Assembly: GCF_006345805.1 (NCBI RefSeq)
Contig: NC_043011.1
Location: forward strand, 67,530,464-67,594,463
Direction: 5' to 3'
Length of the DNA: 64,000 nt
Origin: Octopus sinensis
Lineage: Eukaryota
Position numbers and translations under genes: made by a program. The notes under the pieces are model-generated. The model was given only the letters and a program-made list of their open reading frames with translations. It did not search any database and was not told the origin of the DNA. This document shows positions 13,463 through 26,160 of the stretch, piece after piece; position 1 is the first letter of the stretch; each line of letters starts with the position of its first letter.

Positions 13463-13891
13463 GTATATATATATTATACAAATATATAATATTATAAGTT
13501 CAGCAAAATTTAGATTCAAATGAATATGGTACTTAAGTTAGATGCACCTGAATTTTGTATGGTGTTATCCATATAAATCCATGGGGTGATTATAATCAAA
13601 ATAAGCAACAAGAATAACTTCGGTAATTTGGTACGATCGTTTTCACGCTACATCATTTTATAAATATTGTAGATTACAACATTTTAAAATCTTGAGTAAT
13701 CATCGGCCATTTATAGAGGTTTCCATTAATACATAATTTTTCATATCAATTGATAACATTATAGAGAAGGTGATATATAGACAAAATATCGATTTAAATT
13801 TTAAGAACATTAAGGTAGTAGAGTTTATCTCTGACTGAAGATATTTCATTAAGTTATTTTGAACTGCTTGAAGGTTGGGAAGTAATATATA

Positions 13892-14752
13892 CTAGCATTA
13901 AAGACCCGTCGTTGTCGGTCATAGTGCTTGTGCATGTATATATGTGTATATATGTGTACATATTACATGTACAATCTATATTAACATCTACACATAAAAT
14001 GCAAAATACAAAGTTTATCTTGATATCGCTAGTGATAACAATATTCAAAATAGATAAACACAGACTGGAATGTTAGCTCTTCTTTTTCTCTACATGTTAC
14101 TTTATAGACAATAGTATTTTCTTTAATTTAAGTTTTTATTATCCATCTGACTATTCCATTTCTGCAGCTCTATTATATTTTTAATTATTCCCATTCATGT
14201 GAAACCACTTTTCAAGTTCAAATCATTGATGCAATTTTATACCAATTGCTATTTTTACTTTTGTAGTTACGATTATATTATACTTTAGTTTGATTTTAAT
14301 TATTACTTACTACATCTATTCAATTGTTATTATTATTTTTATTGTTAAAGGAAAGCATCTGACATAAATAGAGAAACGTTTTTGTTTCACTTTTAACACG
14401 TTATACTGAAATAGTGGAGAAGATATGATATTGCTATGGGCTCGCTCTAGGCAAGAAGTTGAACATTTTTTGGCTCATGAATCTACATGGACCCTAAGTA
14501 AGGCATGTGTAAAATTTGAATGGAATTGGTTGTCAAGTTCTCCAGTTTTAGGGAATCGTAGTAGAGAAGATATGATATTGCTGTGGGCTCGCCCAAGGCA
14601 AAAAGTTAAAATCTTTTGCCGATGACACTCCCCGGACCCTAAGTAAGGCATGTGTAAAATTTGATGGAATTGGTTGTGTAGTTCTCATGTTTTAGGGAAA
14701 CACACAGACAGACAGACAGACAGACACACATTCTCAGTTGTATATATAAAGA
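13892..14752 (-). mobile_element. Non-autonomous Helitron, complete
   Basis: 5' TCTTTATATATAC, 3' hairpin GACC(C)G...CGGGTC about 10 nt before CTAG, inserted at A|T. Confidence 0.82.
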
Positions 14753-15037
14753 TATATATAGGTAGGTCATATTTTCCGTTTGTTGTCTTTTTATTTAATC
14801 CTGAAAATATTATTTATGTAACGCACCCACTCATTAATTTTATACAATTATATTTATATATAAAGTTAATCCAAACATGAAAACACAAAGAGAAAACACA
14901 ACAACGCGAAGACGTGGAACAAATATAGTTATTATTGGACACTCTGGAAGGAAGGGAAGAAGGAAGGTTTAACGTTTCGAGCGGAGCTCTTCGTCGGAAA
15001 CATAGGAGAAGGTAAGATCCAGAGAAGGAAAGACAGG

Positions 15038-15080
<43 letters not shown>

Positions 15081-15147
15081 TTCAGCGGTGGTTGCCCCAG
15101 CATGGCCGCTGCCTTCGGGCTAAAATATTTTTAAGGATTTAATTTAA

Positions 15148-15195
<48 letters not shown>

Positions 15196-15628
15196 ATATA
15201 TATATATTATATATATATATATATATAAGTTCAGCAAAATTTAGATTCAAATGAATATGGTACTTAAGTTAGATGCACCTGAATTTTGTATGGTGTTATC
15301 CATATAAATCCATGGGGTGATTATAATCAAAATAAGCAACAAGAATAACTTCGGTAATTTGGTACGATCGTTTCACGCTACATCATTTTATTAAATATTG
15401 TAAGTATTACAACAGTTTTAAAATCTTGAGTAATCATCGGCCATTTATAGAGGTTTCCATTAATACATAATTTTCATATCAATTGATAACATTATAGAGA
15501 AGGTAGATATATAGACAAAGATATCGATTTAAATTTTAAGAACATTAAGGTAGTAGAGTTTATCTTCTGACTGAAGAATATTCATTAAGTTATTTTGAAC
15601 TGCTTGAAGGTTGGGAAGTATATATATA

Positions 15629-16504
15629 CTAGCATTAAAGACCCGTCGTTGTCGGGTCATAGTGCTTGTGCATGTATATATGTGTATATATGTGTACATA
15701 TTACATGTACATCTATATATATACATCTACACATAAAATGCAAAATACAAAGTTATATCTTGATATCGCTAGTGATAACAATATTCAAAATATATAACAG
15801 ACTGGAATTGTTAGCTCTTCTTTTTTCTCTACATTGTATACTTTATAGACAATAGTATTTTCTTTAATTTAAGTTTTTATTATCCATCTGGACTATTCCA
15901 TTTCTGCACGCTAATTATATTTTTAATTTATTCCCATTCATGTGAAACCACTTATTCAAGTTCAAATCATTGATGCAATTTTATACCAATTGCTATTTTT
16001 ACTTTTGTATGTTACGATTATATTATACTTTAGTTTGATTTTAATTATTACTTACTACATATAATTCAATTGTTATTATTATTTTTATTGTTAAAGTGAA
16101 AGCATCTGACATAAAATAGAGAAACGTTTTTGTTTCACTTTTAACACGTTATACTGAAATAGTGGAGAAGATATGATATTGCTATGGGCTCGCTCTAGGC
16201 AAGAAGTTGAATATTTTTTGGCTCATGAAACTACATGGGCCCTAAGTAAGGCATGTGTAAAATTTGAATGAAATTGGTTGTGTAGTTCTCCAGTTTTAGG
16301 GAATCGTAGTAGAGAAGATATGATATTGCTGTGGGCTCGCCCAAGGCAAAAAGTTAAAATTTTTTGCCGATGACACTCCCCGGACCCTAAGTAAGGCATG
16401 TGTAAAATTTGATGGAATTGGTTGTGTAGTTCTCATGTTTTAGGGAAACACACAGACAGACAGACAGACAGACACACATTCTCAGTTGTATATATATATA
16501 AAGA
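15629..16504 (-). mobile_element. Non-autonomous Helitron, complete (third copy of the tandem array)
   Basis: 5' TC, 3' GACCCG/CGGGTC hairpin plus CTAG; near-identical to 13892-14752. Confidence 0.85.
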
Positions 16505-16744
16505 TAGGCGAGCGTGGGAGTGGCAGTGTGGTAAGTAGCTATCACATGGTTCCGTGTTCAGTCTCACTGCGTGACACCTTGGGCATGTGTCTTCTACTAT
16601 AGCCTCGTATAGCCTACGTATGTATGTATTTAAATGTCGAATAATAGTGAAGGCGAATAAGGCAATATTAGCCATACTAATAATGCATCCACGTTAATTA
16701 GGATATGTTGCCATTCGTTATTAATATTACTTCCCTAGTTAAAG

Positions 16745-16832
16745 TAATGGCCCAGTGGTTAGGGCAGCGGACTCGCGGTCGGAGGATCGCGGTGTCGATT
16801 CCCAGACCGGGCGTTGTGTGTGTTTATTGAGC
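16745..16832 (+). mobile_element. SINE family C head
   Basis: GGCCCAGTGGTTAGGGCAGCGGACTCGCGGTCGGAGGATCGCGGTGTCGATTCCCAGACCGG, tRNA-like A/B boxes. Confidence 0.75.
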
Positions 16833-17803
16833 GTCGTTTTCCATTCAAACTGCTTCAGTCTTTGGAATGTCATCCTCTCTGTATGTGGCCTAGCATTATG
16901 CTGATGGAAGAACACCTTTCGTCTTGAAACCAGAGAAGGTCGTTTTTTCTTCTAGCGCTGACTTAAGCCGCTGAAGCTGCTCGCAGTCTATCTCCTTTGT
17001 TATCGTTTGGTTTGGGCTTAAAAGTTCAAAGTGAACTAAACCTTTCATATCCCACCAAACAAATAACAATACCTTACGTGGGTGAAGATCTTCGTTAACT
17101 AAGGGTGCCGATGTTTCTCCTTTCCCAACCCACTGTCTTCGGTGCTTAGCATTTTTATAGAGAACCCATTTCTCGTAACCATTTGGTCCAAAAATCGTTC
17201 ATTTGTGAGATGTGACAGCAAAGAAGAGCGCACATTCACTCTCTGCGCGCAGTTAGACTCGGAAAGCTTATGAGGAACTCAATGAACCAATTTGCTGGCT
17301 TTTCCGATGGCACGCAGGTGTCGATGAATTGTTGAACGACCAAATCCAAGTTTTTCTGCTAGTTCCTCAACAGTTACGATAGGATTTTGCTCCACCGCGG
17401 TTTGCAGGACATCCTCGTCAAGCTCTACAGATCTTCCAGGATGAGAGTCGTCTGGTAGGCTGTAGTTTCAGGCTCGGAATTTCTAGATCCACTTTTGACA
17501 CAGGCTTATGCTTATTGTCCGAACTCCATACACTGCATTAATATTCCTCGCACTTTCCGTTACCTCGTTGCCATTATTGAACTTATAAAGCAAAATATGC
17601 CGAATATGCTCCTTTGTCACTTCCATTATAGCTTTGAAAAAATAACTGTTAAAATCGCACTCTTCAAAACTTGCTCTAAGAATAAGCCCATGGAAAAACT
17701 ACTACCTCCTTTTATAGCGAGTTGATGCAGGTAATTTATCCCGTCCACCTCCGGCTTTTAGTTCATGCAAATAAAAAACCGCTAATTTATGGTATGACCC
17801 AAT
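16833..17803 (-). mobile_element. Degraded mariner transposon, 3'-truncated
   Basis: TIR-like ATTGGGTCATACCATAAATTAGCGG at the right end. Fragments translate FLDQMVT and RPSLVSRRKVFFHQHNARPH; the second catalytic D is replaced by H; many stops. Confidence 0.75.
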
Positions 17804-18159
17804 GTGTGTGTATGTGTGTATTTGTGCACGCACGCGCCGGTGTGTGTGTGGCATAAATATATGTATGTTATGATTAGATAGATAGATAGATAGATAGATA
17901 CGGTGTTTCAACAGGTTTGTCTCGTCAGGCTCTGAGTCTAAGCCAAGATACTAGCTTTGATTAAATTTTCGACGAGCGAATTCTTTGCTGATCGATGCTT
18001 ATATCTGCCAAAAATAGGTCTGAAAAAATGTGTTCTTTCCACCATGTGCAGTGAGCTGAGAAACGGATTTTATGTATTTGTTTTTAAGACGTCTTGGCAA
18101 ATTTTTTTTATATTTGCGTCTATATTATCAAATTTTAATATTTTTATGCAAGAATCGTT

Positions 18160-18715
18160 AGCAGAATCGTTAGCACGCCGGGTGAAATGCTTGGCGGTAT
18201 TTCGTCTGCGGTTACGTTCTGAGTTCAAATTCCGCCGAGGTCAACTTTGCCTTTCATCTTTTCATCGATTAAATAAGTACCAGTTACGCACTGGGGACAA
18301 TGTAATCGACTTAATCTGTCTGTCTGTTCTTGTTTGTCCTCTCTGTGTTTAGCCCCTTGTGGGCAGTGAAGAAATAGGTATTTCGTCTGTCTTTACGTTG
18401 TGAGTTCAAATTCTGCCGAGGTCGACATTACCTTCCGTCCTTTCGGGGTTGATTAAATAAGTACCATTATGCACTGGGGTCAATATAATCGACTCAATCC
18501 GTTTGTCTGTCCTTGTTTGTCCCCTTGTGAGCAATAAAGAAATGAGAAACGTTAGCACGCCGGGCGACATGCTTAGCAGTATTTCGTCTGTCTATTTGTC
18601 CTGAGTTCAAATTCCGCTGAGGTCGACAAATTAAGTACCAGTTGCGTACTGGGGTCGATCTTATCGACTAGCCTCCTCCCCGGAAATCTTGGGCTTTGTG
18701 CCTTGAGTTGAAAAG
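18160..18715 (+). mobile_element. Three head-to-tail family B SINEs
   Basis: Repeated GAGTTCAAATTC.GC.GAGGTC.AC heads at about 18220, 18400 and 18600, each followed by AAGTACCA...CTGGGG. Confidence 0.8.
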
Positions 18716-20094
18716 AATATTTTTACACAAGTTAAGATGTTGACCTGGTATATCCGTTTACACACCAGGCAACTGCTTAGCGGCATTTGGTAAGTCTTTA
18801 CTTTCTGAGTTCAAATTCCGATTTTGCTTTTCATCCTTTTGGGGGTCGATAAAAGAGTACGAGTTAACCACTGGAGGTCGATGCAATTGACTCACCCCTT
18901 CCCTCGAAATTGCAGGCCTTGTTCCAAAATTTGAAACCAATATTTTTACACAAGTTCTAATCATTCGTGCATTTTTGCTTTTCATCTGATTTCTTTTACA
19001 TGAAAAGTAAAACTGGGTTCGATTCCTCAGGGTCATGGGGCCGTATACCCAGTTTCCATGGCAACATATAAGTACTTGAGATCACAACACTATCCCCTGA
19101 ACAAAATGCCAATTCGTTGTTGGACTATTCATTTACCGAATAGACATCAGTAAAAGAAAATTAAGTATTTTTCTCAAGGACACAACGCCCGCTCCGTGAA
19201 TCGAAACTACAATCTGGTGATCGTGAGTGCAACGCCTTAACCACTGAGCCACGCGCTCTCCAGCTTTCATATAGCGGTAATATCGGATCAGAATTTTGGC
19301 TCGTGAGGATGGTGAATTAAGTTGATTACATCGACCCTACTGTTTTACTGGTACTGATCTGGTAGTTACATGTTCTCGAAATTGGTAGATTAGAAATCGT
19401 CGGCCTAATATTCATATTATCGATATTTAAATAGAAATTCAAAGTCACACTTAATATGATTTAAACTCGTAAGCTAAAGCTTTGCAAATAAATTCCTTAA
19501 CGATCATTAAACAAAATCCGACTCAGCCAATCCATAAAAAAATCGTACAACAGACATATCGACTTTTTGAATAGGCACAACGCTTCATTTACCGCGCATG
19601 GATTCGATCTCAGAACGTACGGAGTCCTAACAGTGAAACTTATTTTGCTGGTCACATTATCACTTCAACCAATCCGCTATCAGCAATTTTTTATGACTGT
19701 CCTATCAGCTGTGTAGGGTTGGGTCACAAGAAGTTAAAACAGTTTTATAACGCATTATATTCCATATAGACGCAGATTACAATCTGGTTGCTTTCCTAAT
19801 TGCTTAAAATCGGAAACACTTCTCATCTAGAATATCGTGTTGCAATTCTATTTACGGTAAACTCTTCCACAACTACTTTGGTCGCTACTTATTTAATTTT
19901 TTCTTTTTTTTTTTCGTTTTTATCTTTCCTTTGCAATGGTGATACTGAACTGCTTTAACCCTTCGCCGGCCAGTGGAACTGGAATTACACAAAAGGCTAT
20001 TGAGGTTCCCTTTTTTTCTTCTTTTTGCGCATTTTCGTACTATCCATAAAGTAATATTTGTTTAATCCTGTATATATGTTATTTCATTATTGTC

Positions 20095-20615
20095 CACGAG
20101 AGGCTAAACATAGAGGGGACAAACAAGGACAGACAAAGGTATTAAGTCGATTACATCGACCCCAGTGCGTAACTGGTACTTAATTTATCGACCCCGAAAG
20201 AATGAAAGGCAAAGTGGGCCTCGGCGGAATTTGAACTCACAACGTAAAGACAGACGAAGCTTGCTTGTCAATCACACGGTTCCGGTTTCAGTCCCATTGC
20301 GTGGCAGCTTGGGCAAGTGTCTTCTACTATAACCTCGAGCTGACCAAAGCCTTATGAGTGAATTTGGTAGACGGAAAGTAAAAAAAAACCCGTCGTATAT
20401 ATATATGTGTGTGTGTGTGTATACATTTATGTGCGTGTGTCTGTATTTGTGCTCCCACCATCGCTAGACAACCGATGCTGGTGTGTTTACGTCCCCACAA
20501 CTGAGCAGTACGGCAAAAGAAACCGATAAAATAAGTCCTAGGCCCACAATAACATAAGTCCTGGAGTTGATCTGTTCGACTAAAAAAGCCTTAAAGGTGG
20601 TGCCCCAGCATGACC
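20095..20615. mobile_element. Family B SINE (minus) abutting a family A SINE (plus)
   Basis: Family B to about 20255, then family A core and tail. Confidence 0.8.
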
Positions 20616-20658
20616 ATATACATACATACATATATATATGTATGTATGTATGTATATA

Positions 20659-20702
<44 letters not shown>

Positions 20703-20716
20703 TATATATATATAAT

Positions 20717-20760
<44 letters not shown>

Positions 20761-20789
20761 CCAAAGTGGTAAGTTACGCCGCTATATTT

Positions 20790-21690
20790 TATATGTGAAA
20801 AATACAAAAATGGAACAAGAACGCAAAATATCCAGACGGTTAGGTGATTCAAATAAAGGGACAACAAAACATCCAGTTAGACGATGCAAAGAAAGCAAGT
20901 ATACACACACACACACATATATATATATATCGGAGTTTCTATCCTCAGTCAAGTTCCAGATTATCTTTGCAGTTTCGGCTGGTTATAACATTAGATTCAT
21001 TGGAAGAAAGCAGCGAATATATACGAAAACAAGGACGAAAAAATGGAGACATGTTACTCAAATACAAATGCAAAACAACCATTGCCTTTCGACTAAGGAC
21101 GAATTAAATTAAGTTGGCGTGAGTGGAAGTAAAGCCTTACGGCAGGGATATAAGATTCAACAGGCAGGGAAGAACATAGATGTTGCACGGAAAGTAGTCG
21201 AACCAGGGAAGAAAGGTCAGGCCTGGCCGAACATCGGTCACGTGAGAAGAGAAGAGAGAGAGGTAGAAGCAAAGGGATAGAAGAATTAAGGAGGGGCGAG
21301 AAAAAATTAAAGCGCCTGCGCCTGTTAAACCTAAGATCTCTGCCGTAAGGCTTTACTTCCACACACGCCAGCTCAATTTAATTCGTCCTTAGTCGAAAGA
21401 CACCTGTTGTTATGTCCTGTTAATTGCATTTGTATTTATGTAACACTTATCTGGAGAGAGGTACCGTCCTTGTTTTCGTATACATTCGCTCCTTCCTTCC
21501 AAGGACTATAATGCTCCTAACTTAGTTGGGGCTGGCCAGATTGGAGCAATCTGGAGTATAACCAGCCGAAATTGCAAAGATAATCTGGAACTCGACTGAG
21601 GGTAGAAAACTCCAAATGACCTGTCCTTGTTTTCTTTGTATCATCCATCTGGAGGTTTTGCGTTCTTGTCCCATTCTTGTATTTTATATA
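20790..21690. repeat. Inverted pair of PLE pLTR-like sequences
   Basis: 20930-20990 is the reverse complement of 21556-21615, 21030-21145 of 21340-21482, and 20807-20840 of 21645-21682. Confidence 0.8.
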
Positions 21691-21752
21691 TATATGTATA
21701 TATATATACACATATATATATATAATATATATAATATATATATATATGCATA

Positions 21753-21788
<36 letters not shown>

Positions 21789-21824
21789 TGTATGTATGTG
21801 TGTATGTATGCATGTATGCATGTA

Positions 21825-21862
<38 letters not shown>

Positions 21863-21959
21863 TATATATATATATATATTATATATATATGTATATATAT
21901 ATATGTATATATATGTATGTATCTATATATGTATATATATATATTCTTTTATTCTTTCT

Positions 21960-22318
21960 GGCTGTGGCCATGCTGGAGCACCACCTTTAGTCGAGCAACT
22001 CGACCCCAGGACTTATTCTTTGTGAGCCTAGTACTTACTCTATCGGTCTGTTTTGCCGAACGGCTAAGTTACGGGGACGTAAACACACCCCCGTCGGTTG
22101 TCATGCGAGGTTGGCGGGGACAAACATACACACATACATATATATATATACATATATACGACGGGTTTCCTTCAGATTCCATCAATCAAATCCACTCACA
22201 AGGCCTTGGTTGGCCCGAAAATATAGTGGAAGACACTTGCCCAAGATGCCACGCAGTAGGACTGAACCGAGAAACATGTGGCTGGTAAGCAAGCTACTTA
22301 CTATACAGCCACTCCTAC
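21960..22318 (-). mobile_element. SINE family A copy
   Basis: Family A tail, core and head on the minus strand. Confidence 0.85.
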
Positions 22319-22344
22319 ACCAATAAATAAATATATATATATAT

Positions 22345-22428
<84 letters not shown>

Positions 22429-22740
22429 AATTATAATTTAGGGTATCTAAGAAATACCATCACGTTGGAAATAGCCGCCAAAACTTGACTCTAAAACCAC
22501 ATTCAATGTTCATACACCACCAGGAGAGAAGACAAAAAGACAAAATAAAGTAGCAAAAAAAAATTACTGGATAATTCCAGATCCCGGATTTCTGGTTCAG
22601 CATAAGAAATGCCCTGCCTTCATCAGGGGAATATACTCAGATAGCACATAAATACAAATATTAATATAATCAACATGCGATATACTTACATATTTATGCC
22701 CTTATGCACACGACCAGTTTATATTATATGTTAAATTATG

Positions 22741-22786
<46 letters not shown>

Positions 22787-22809
22787 TTGCATATTTGCCA
22801 TTTGAATAT

Positions 22810-23225
22810 GGCTAACCCATAAGGGTGGATGCTACTGTAGTTTGTAGCCCCAGGAAGATATCTCCTCCAGCTGGCTATAGACACACTATCTGTGTCCTGT
22901 CAGTATTTGTGAAGGGGAGTCATCCATATTCAAATGGCAAATATGCAACACGATGTGTTACCGCTACTGTTTATAACTCGCTCTGAGATTTATCATTGTT
23001 TGATTTCACTTTTCCAATATCAGTGTCAACCGACACTGGAAAAAGTATATGTATTTGTGAAGGGAGCTGACTTCTCATCGACAACCATGATTGTCACACG
23101 CTGATGAAAGGTAAACACCTTGAAACTCGGGTAAATGTGTATCATGTGTTGAAGACGGGGAGGATGACTCCCCTTCACAAATACTGACTCCCCTTCACAA
23201 ATACTGACTCCCCTTCACAAATACC
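22810..23225. mobile_element. PLE pLTR-like segment with a hammerhead motif and 3 x 20-bp tandem repeat
   Basis: CTGATGA-AAGGT-AAAC-ACCTT-GAAAC-TCGG-GTA at 23101-23133. (GACTCCCCTTCACAAATACT)x3 at 23166-23225 is the inverse of 22901-22925. Confidence 0.65.
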
Positions 23226-24480
23226 AATCGTTAGACCACTTCCAAATTTGGTGGAGGCATCGACGAAGATCCTCTATATTACCGCGAGGAGCGACCAGTT
23301 TGAAATCGTCGGCAAATAGAAGGGTGTGTTGCGTGAGGTCGTCGGGCAAGTCATTTATGAAGACTAAGAACAACAAGGGCCCAAGCACTGAACCTTGAGG
23401 CACGCCACTGCTCGCACTGGAGACGTCGGACCGCGAACCATTAACTTGGACTTGGAAGGAGCGATCTGAGAGGAAGGCACCAACCCATCGTATAATATCC
23501 GGATGGAAACTATATGCTTGAAGCTTGACAAGTAATAGGCGGTGGTTTACCGAGTCAAAAGCTTTGGCAAAGTCCAATAAAACGATGTCAACAGCATCAC
23601 TATCATCGAGGATGCGCGTCACCAATTCTTCCATTACTAGTAAGTTGGTCAGGCATGATCTCTTCGGCACGAAGCCGTGTGGGAATCAGAGATAGAGGCT
23701 GTGTTTAGGAGGTGGAGCATCATACTTTTCTTAAGGATGGTTTCGAACATCTTGCTGATTATTGATGTAAGGAAAACCGGTCGGTAGTTAAGCGGGTCTT
23801 CGCGGCTCCCTTTCTTGAAAATTGGGCAGATTATCGCTGTTCTCCAGTCTGCAGGTATAACACCCGTCGCCAATGACATATTGAATAGTCGTGTTAAGGG
23901 CTCGCAGATGACCGGAGCCAACGCTTTGATAACCCGTGGGTGTATGCCGTCAGGGCCGTGACCCTTGTTGACATCGAGGCCTTGAATAACACGTTTGACT
24001 TCGTCCCTCGTGATGACCAATCGAAGCATTGGAGGTACCGATATATCAAATGGAGGGGGTTCACGACCATCATCTTGTTTGAAAATAGTTGAAAAAGCCT
24101 CGGCAAATAATTGACTCTCTTGATAAGGGTCCTCAATCGATACGCCTGTTGAGTCTACCAACGTTGCAATCTGGTTGTTCAAGCGGGAATTCCGCTGGAC
24201 ATGGGCAAATAAAGGTTTTTGGATTGCTACTGGCATTTGCCGCGATTTTGTATTCATAACTGAAGCGTTCTTTCTTTTCAATTTTCACGACTCGGTCTCG
24301 TTGAGTTTGTACACCTCAAAAGCTGCAGTCGAATCCAGACTTTTGAATTCAGCCCAAGCAATATCTCTGAGTCGACGTTCTCGTTTAACCTTCTTCGTCA
24401 CCCAGGCTTGTGTGTGTTTCTTCTTCTTGGGAAGCCCAACGGGAACTGCCTGGTCAGTCAAACAGATACATATGCTTTGA
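23223..24480 (-). mobile_element. CR1-like LINE reverse-transcriptase fragment, frameshifted and truncated at both ends
   Basis: GPDGIHPRV, NYRPVFLTS, LDFAKAFDSV, GVPQGSVLGPLLF and LFADD motifs across ORFs 23215-24281. Confidence 0.92.
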
Positions 24481-24552
24481 GGGATGACATATAATATATA
24501 TGTGTGTGTGTGTGTGCGTGTGTGTGTATGTATGTATATATATATATGTATG

Positions 24553-24608
<56 letters not shown>

Positions 24609-25087
24609 GTGTATATATATAATATGTATATATAGAGAGTGATATGTATGCATATATATATACATACATATATGTATGTATGTCTGCATGCATGTATGTA
24701 TGAATATATATATGTATATATATGTGTGTGCATATATATATATATATACAAATATATGTATATATATATATATATGTGTGTGTGTGTATATATATATATA
24801 TATGTGTGTGTGTGTATGTATATATATTTTTTTTTAATATATTTATTGATCATATAAGATTTTTAGAATATATTTAATAATTAGTGGTTTTTAATCATTT
24901 AAATTAATTTATTTTGTATTAAGTATTATTTATCATAGTTATTTTATTAATAAATATAATAGTATAGTTTGTACACCTCGTTGTTTATGTAATGATAATA
25001 GAGTTTATTATAAGTAAAATTATTATATTATTTATATCTTAAAAATATTGTTTAAATATTTCTGATTATTTTTTAGATATTTCAATT

Positions 25088-25180
25088 AACCTGAAGATTG
25101 ACTGTAGCCATAACTCGAATTATTAATTGAATTTAAATTATTGTTATTCGAATTGTACAGCCATGAAACGATCGTAGTGT
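25088..25180 (+). ncRNA. Degenerate hammerhead motif in an AT-rich PLE fragment
   Basis: CTGAAGA...GAAAC-GATC-GTA with palindromic stem III; stem II (TTGACTGTA/TACAGCCAT) has a mismatched first pair. Confidence 0.5.
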
Positions 25181-25616
25181 TTTACTCTTTATCTTTTATT
25201 AAACTTTTAATACTTTTGATATATATTTAAAATAATATAAATTAAATTAATTTTAGGTATTGGCTTATGATTTTCATTGTTTGATTTGCCTAATAGTGGT
25301 TTTATCTCTAATTTAATATAATATAATATAATATATTTATACTATAAAATTGAATTTAATTCTAAATCTGATTTTTCCCTCTAAGTTTGGATTTATTCCC
25401 TAATATTTTATATTATATATATATATATTATATATATATATATATATTATATATATATATATATATATATGGAGGCCGTAAAAGAAGTAAATATAGATTG
25501 GATAAATAGGGCGTCTGGCATCAGGATAGAAAAAGGTATTACGTTTCAGACCAGGATGCAGAAAAGCTTGAAGGTGGAATGTTTAAAAGTGGAGAATAAG
25601 CAGTATTGGTGGGAAG

Positions 25617-25717
25617 AAGAAGAAGAAGAAGAAGAAGAAGAAGAAGAAGAAGAAGAAGAAGAAGAAGAAGAAGAAGAAGAAGAAGAAGAAGAAGAAGAAG
25701 AAGAAGAAGAAGAAGAA
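25617..25717. repeat. (GAA)n microsatellite; another at about 26397-26472
   Basis: Read directly from the sequence; both lie in PLE-like UTR sequence. Confidence 0.97.
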
Positions 25718-25932
25718 GGCTCGGTGGAGTTCTGAAAGTGTCGTGGCAGGGAAGAGCGAGAGGAGATGAGAGAGACATTTCAGGAAGAGGGAGTGGGGTT
25801 ACTTAATCTCCACGAATTTGGACCCTCGTAAGGATTCGGAGTTTAAGTTCGAATCATTTGGGCGATAGTAAGTATTTTCATATTGAGAATCTCTAGATTT
25901 CATGTCGACTACATACGTGTACTTACATATAT

Positions 25933-25974
<42 letters not shown>

Positions 25975-26106
25975 ATATATATGACTATATATGTTTCTAT
26001 ACACACACACACATAAGAGTGGCTGCGTGCTAAGTAGCTTGCTTCCCAACTACATGTTTCTGATTTGTGGGTGGATTTGGTAGACGAAAACCGAAAGAAA
26101 CCCGTC

Positions 26107-26156
<50 letters not shown>

Positions 26157-26160
<4 letters not shown>

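Noticed and set aside
25469-25806. Poly-Glu, poly-Arg and poly-Leu ORFs
   Set aside because: A (GAA)n tract inside PLE-like UTR sequence; no splice or domain support.
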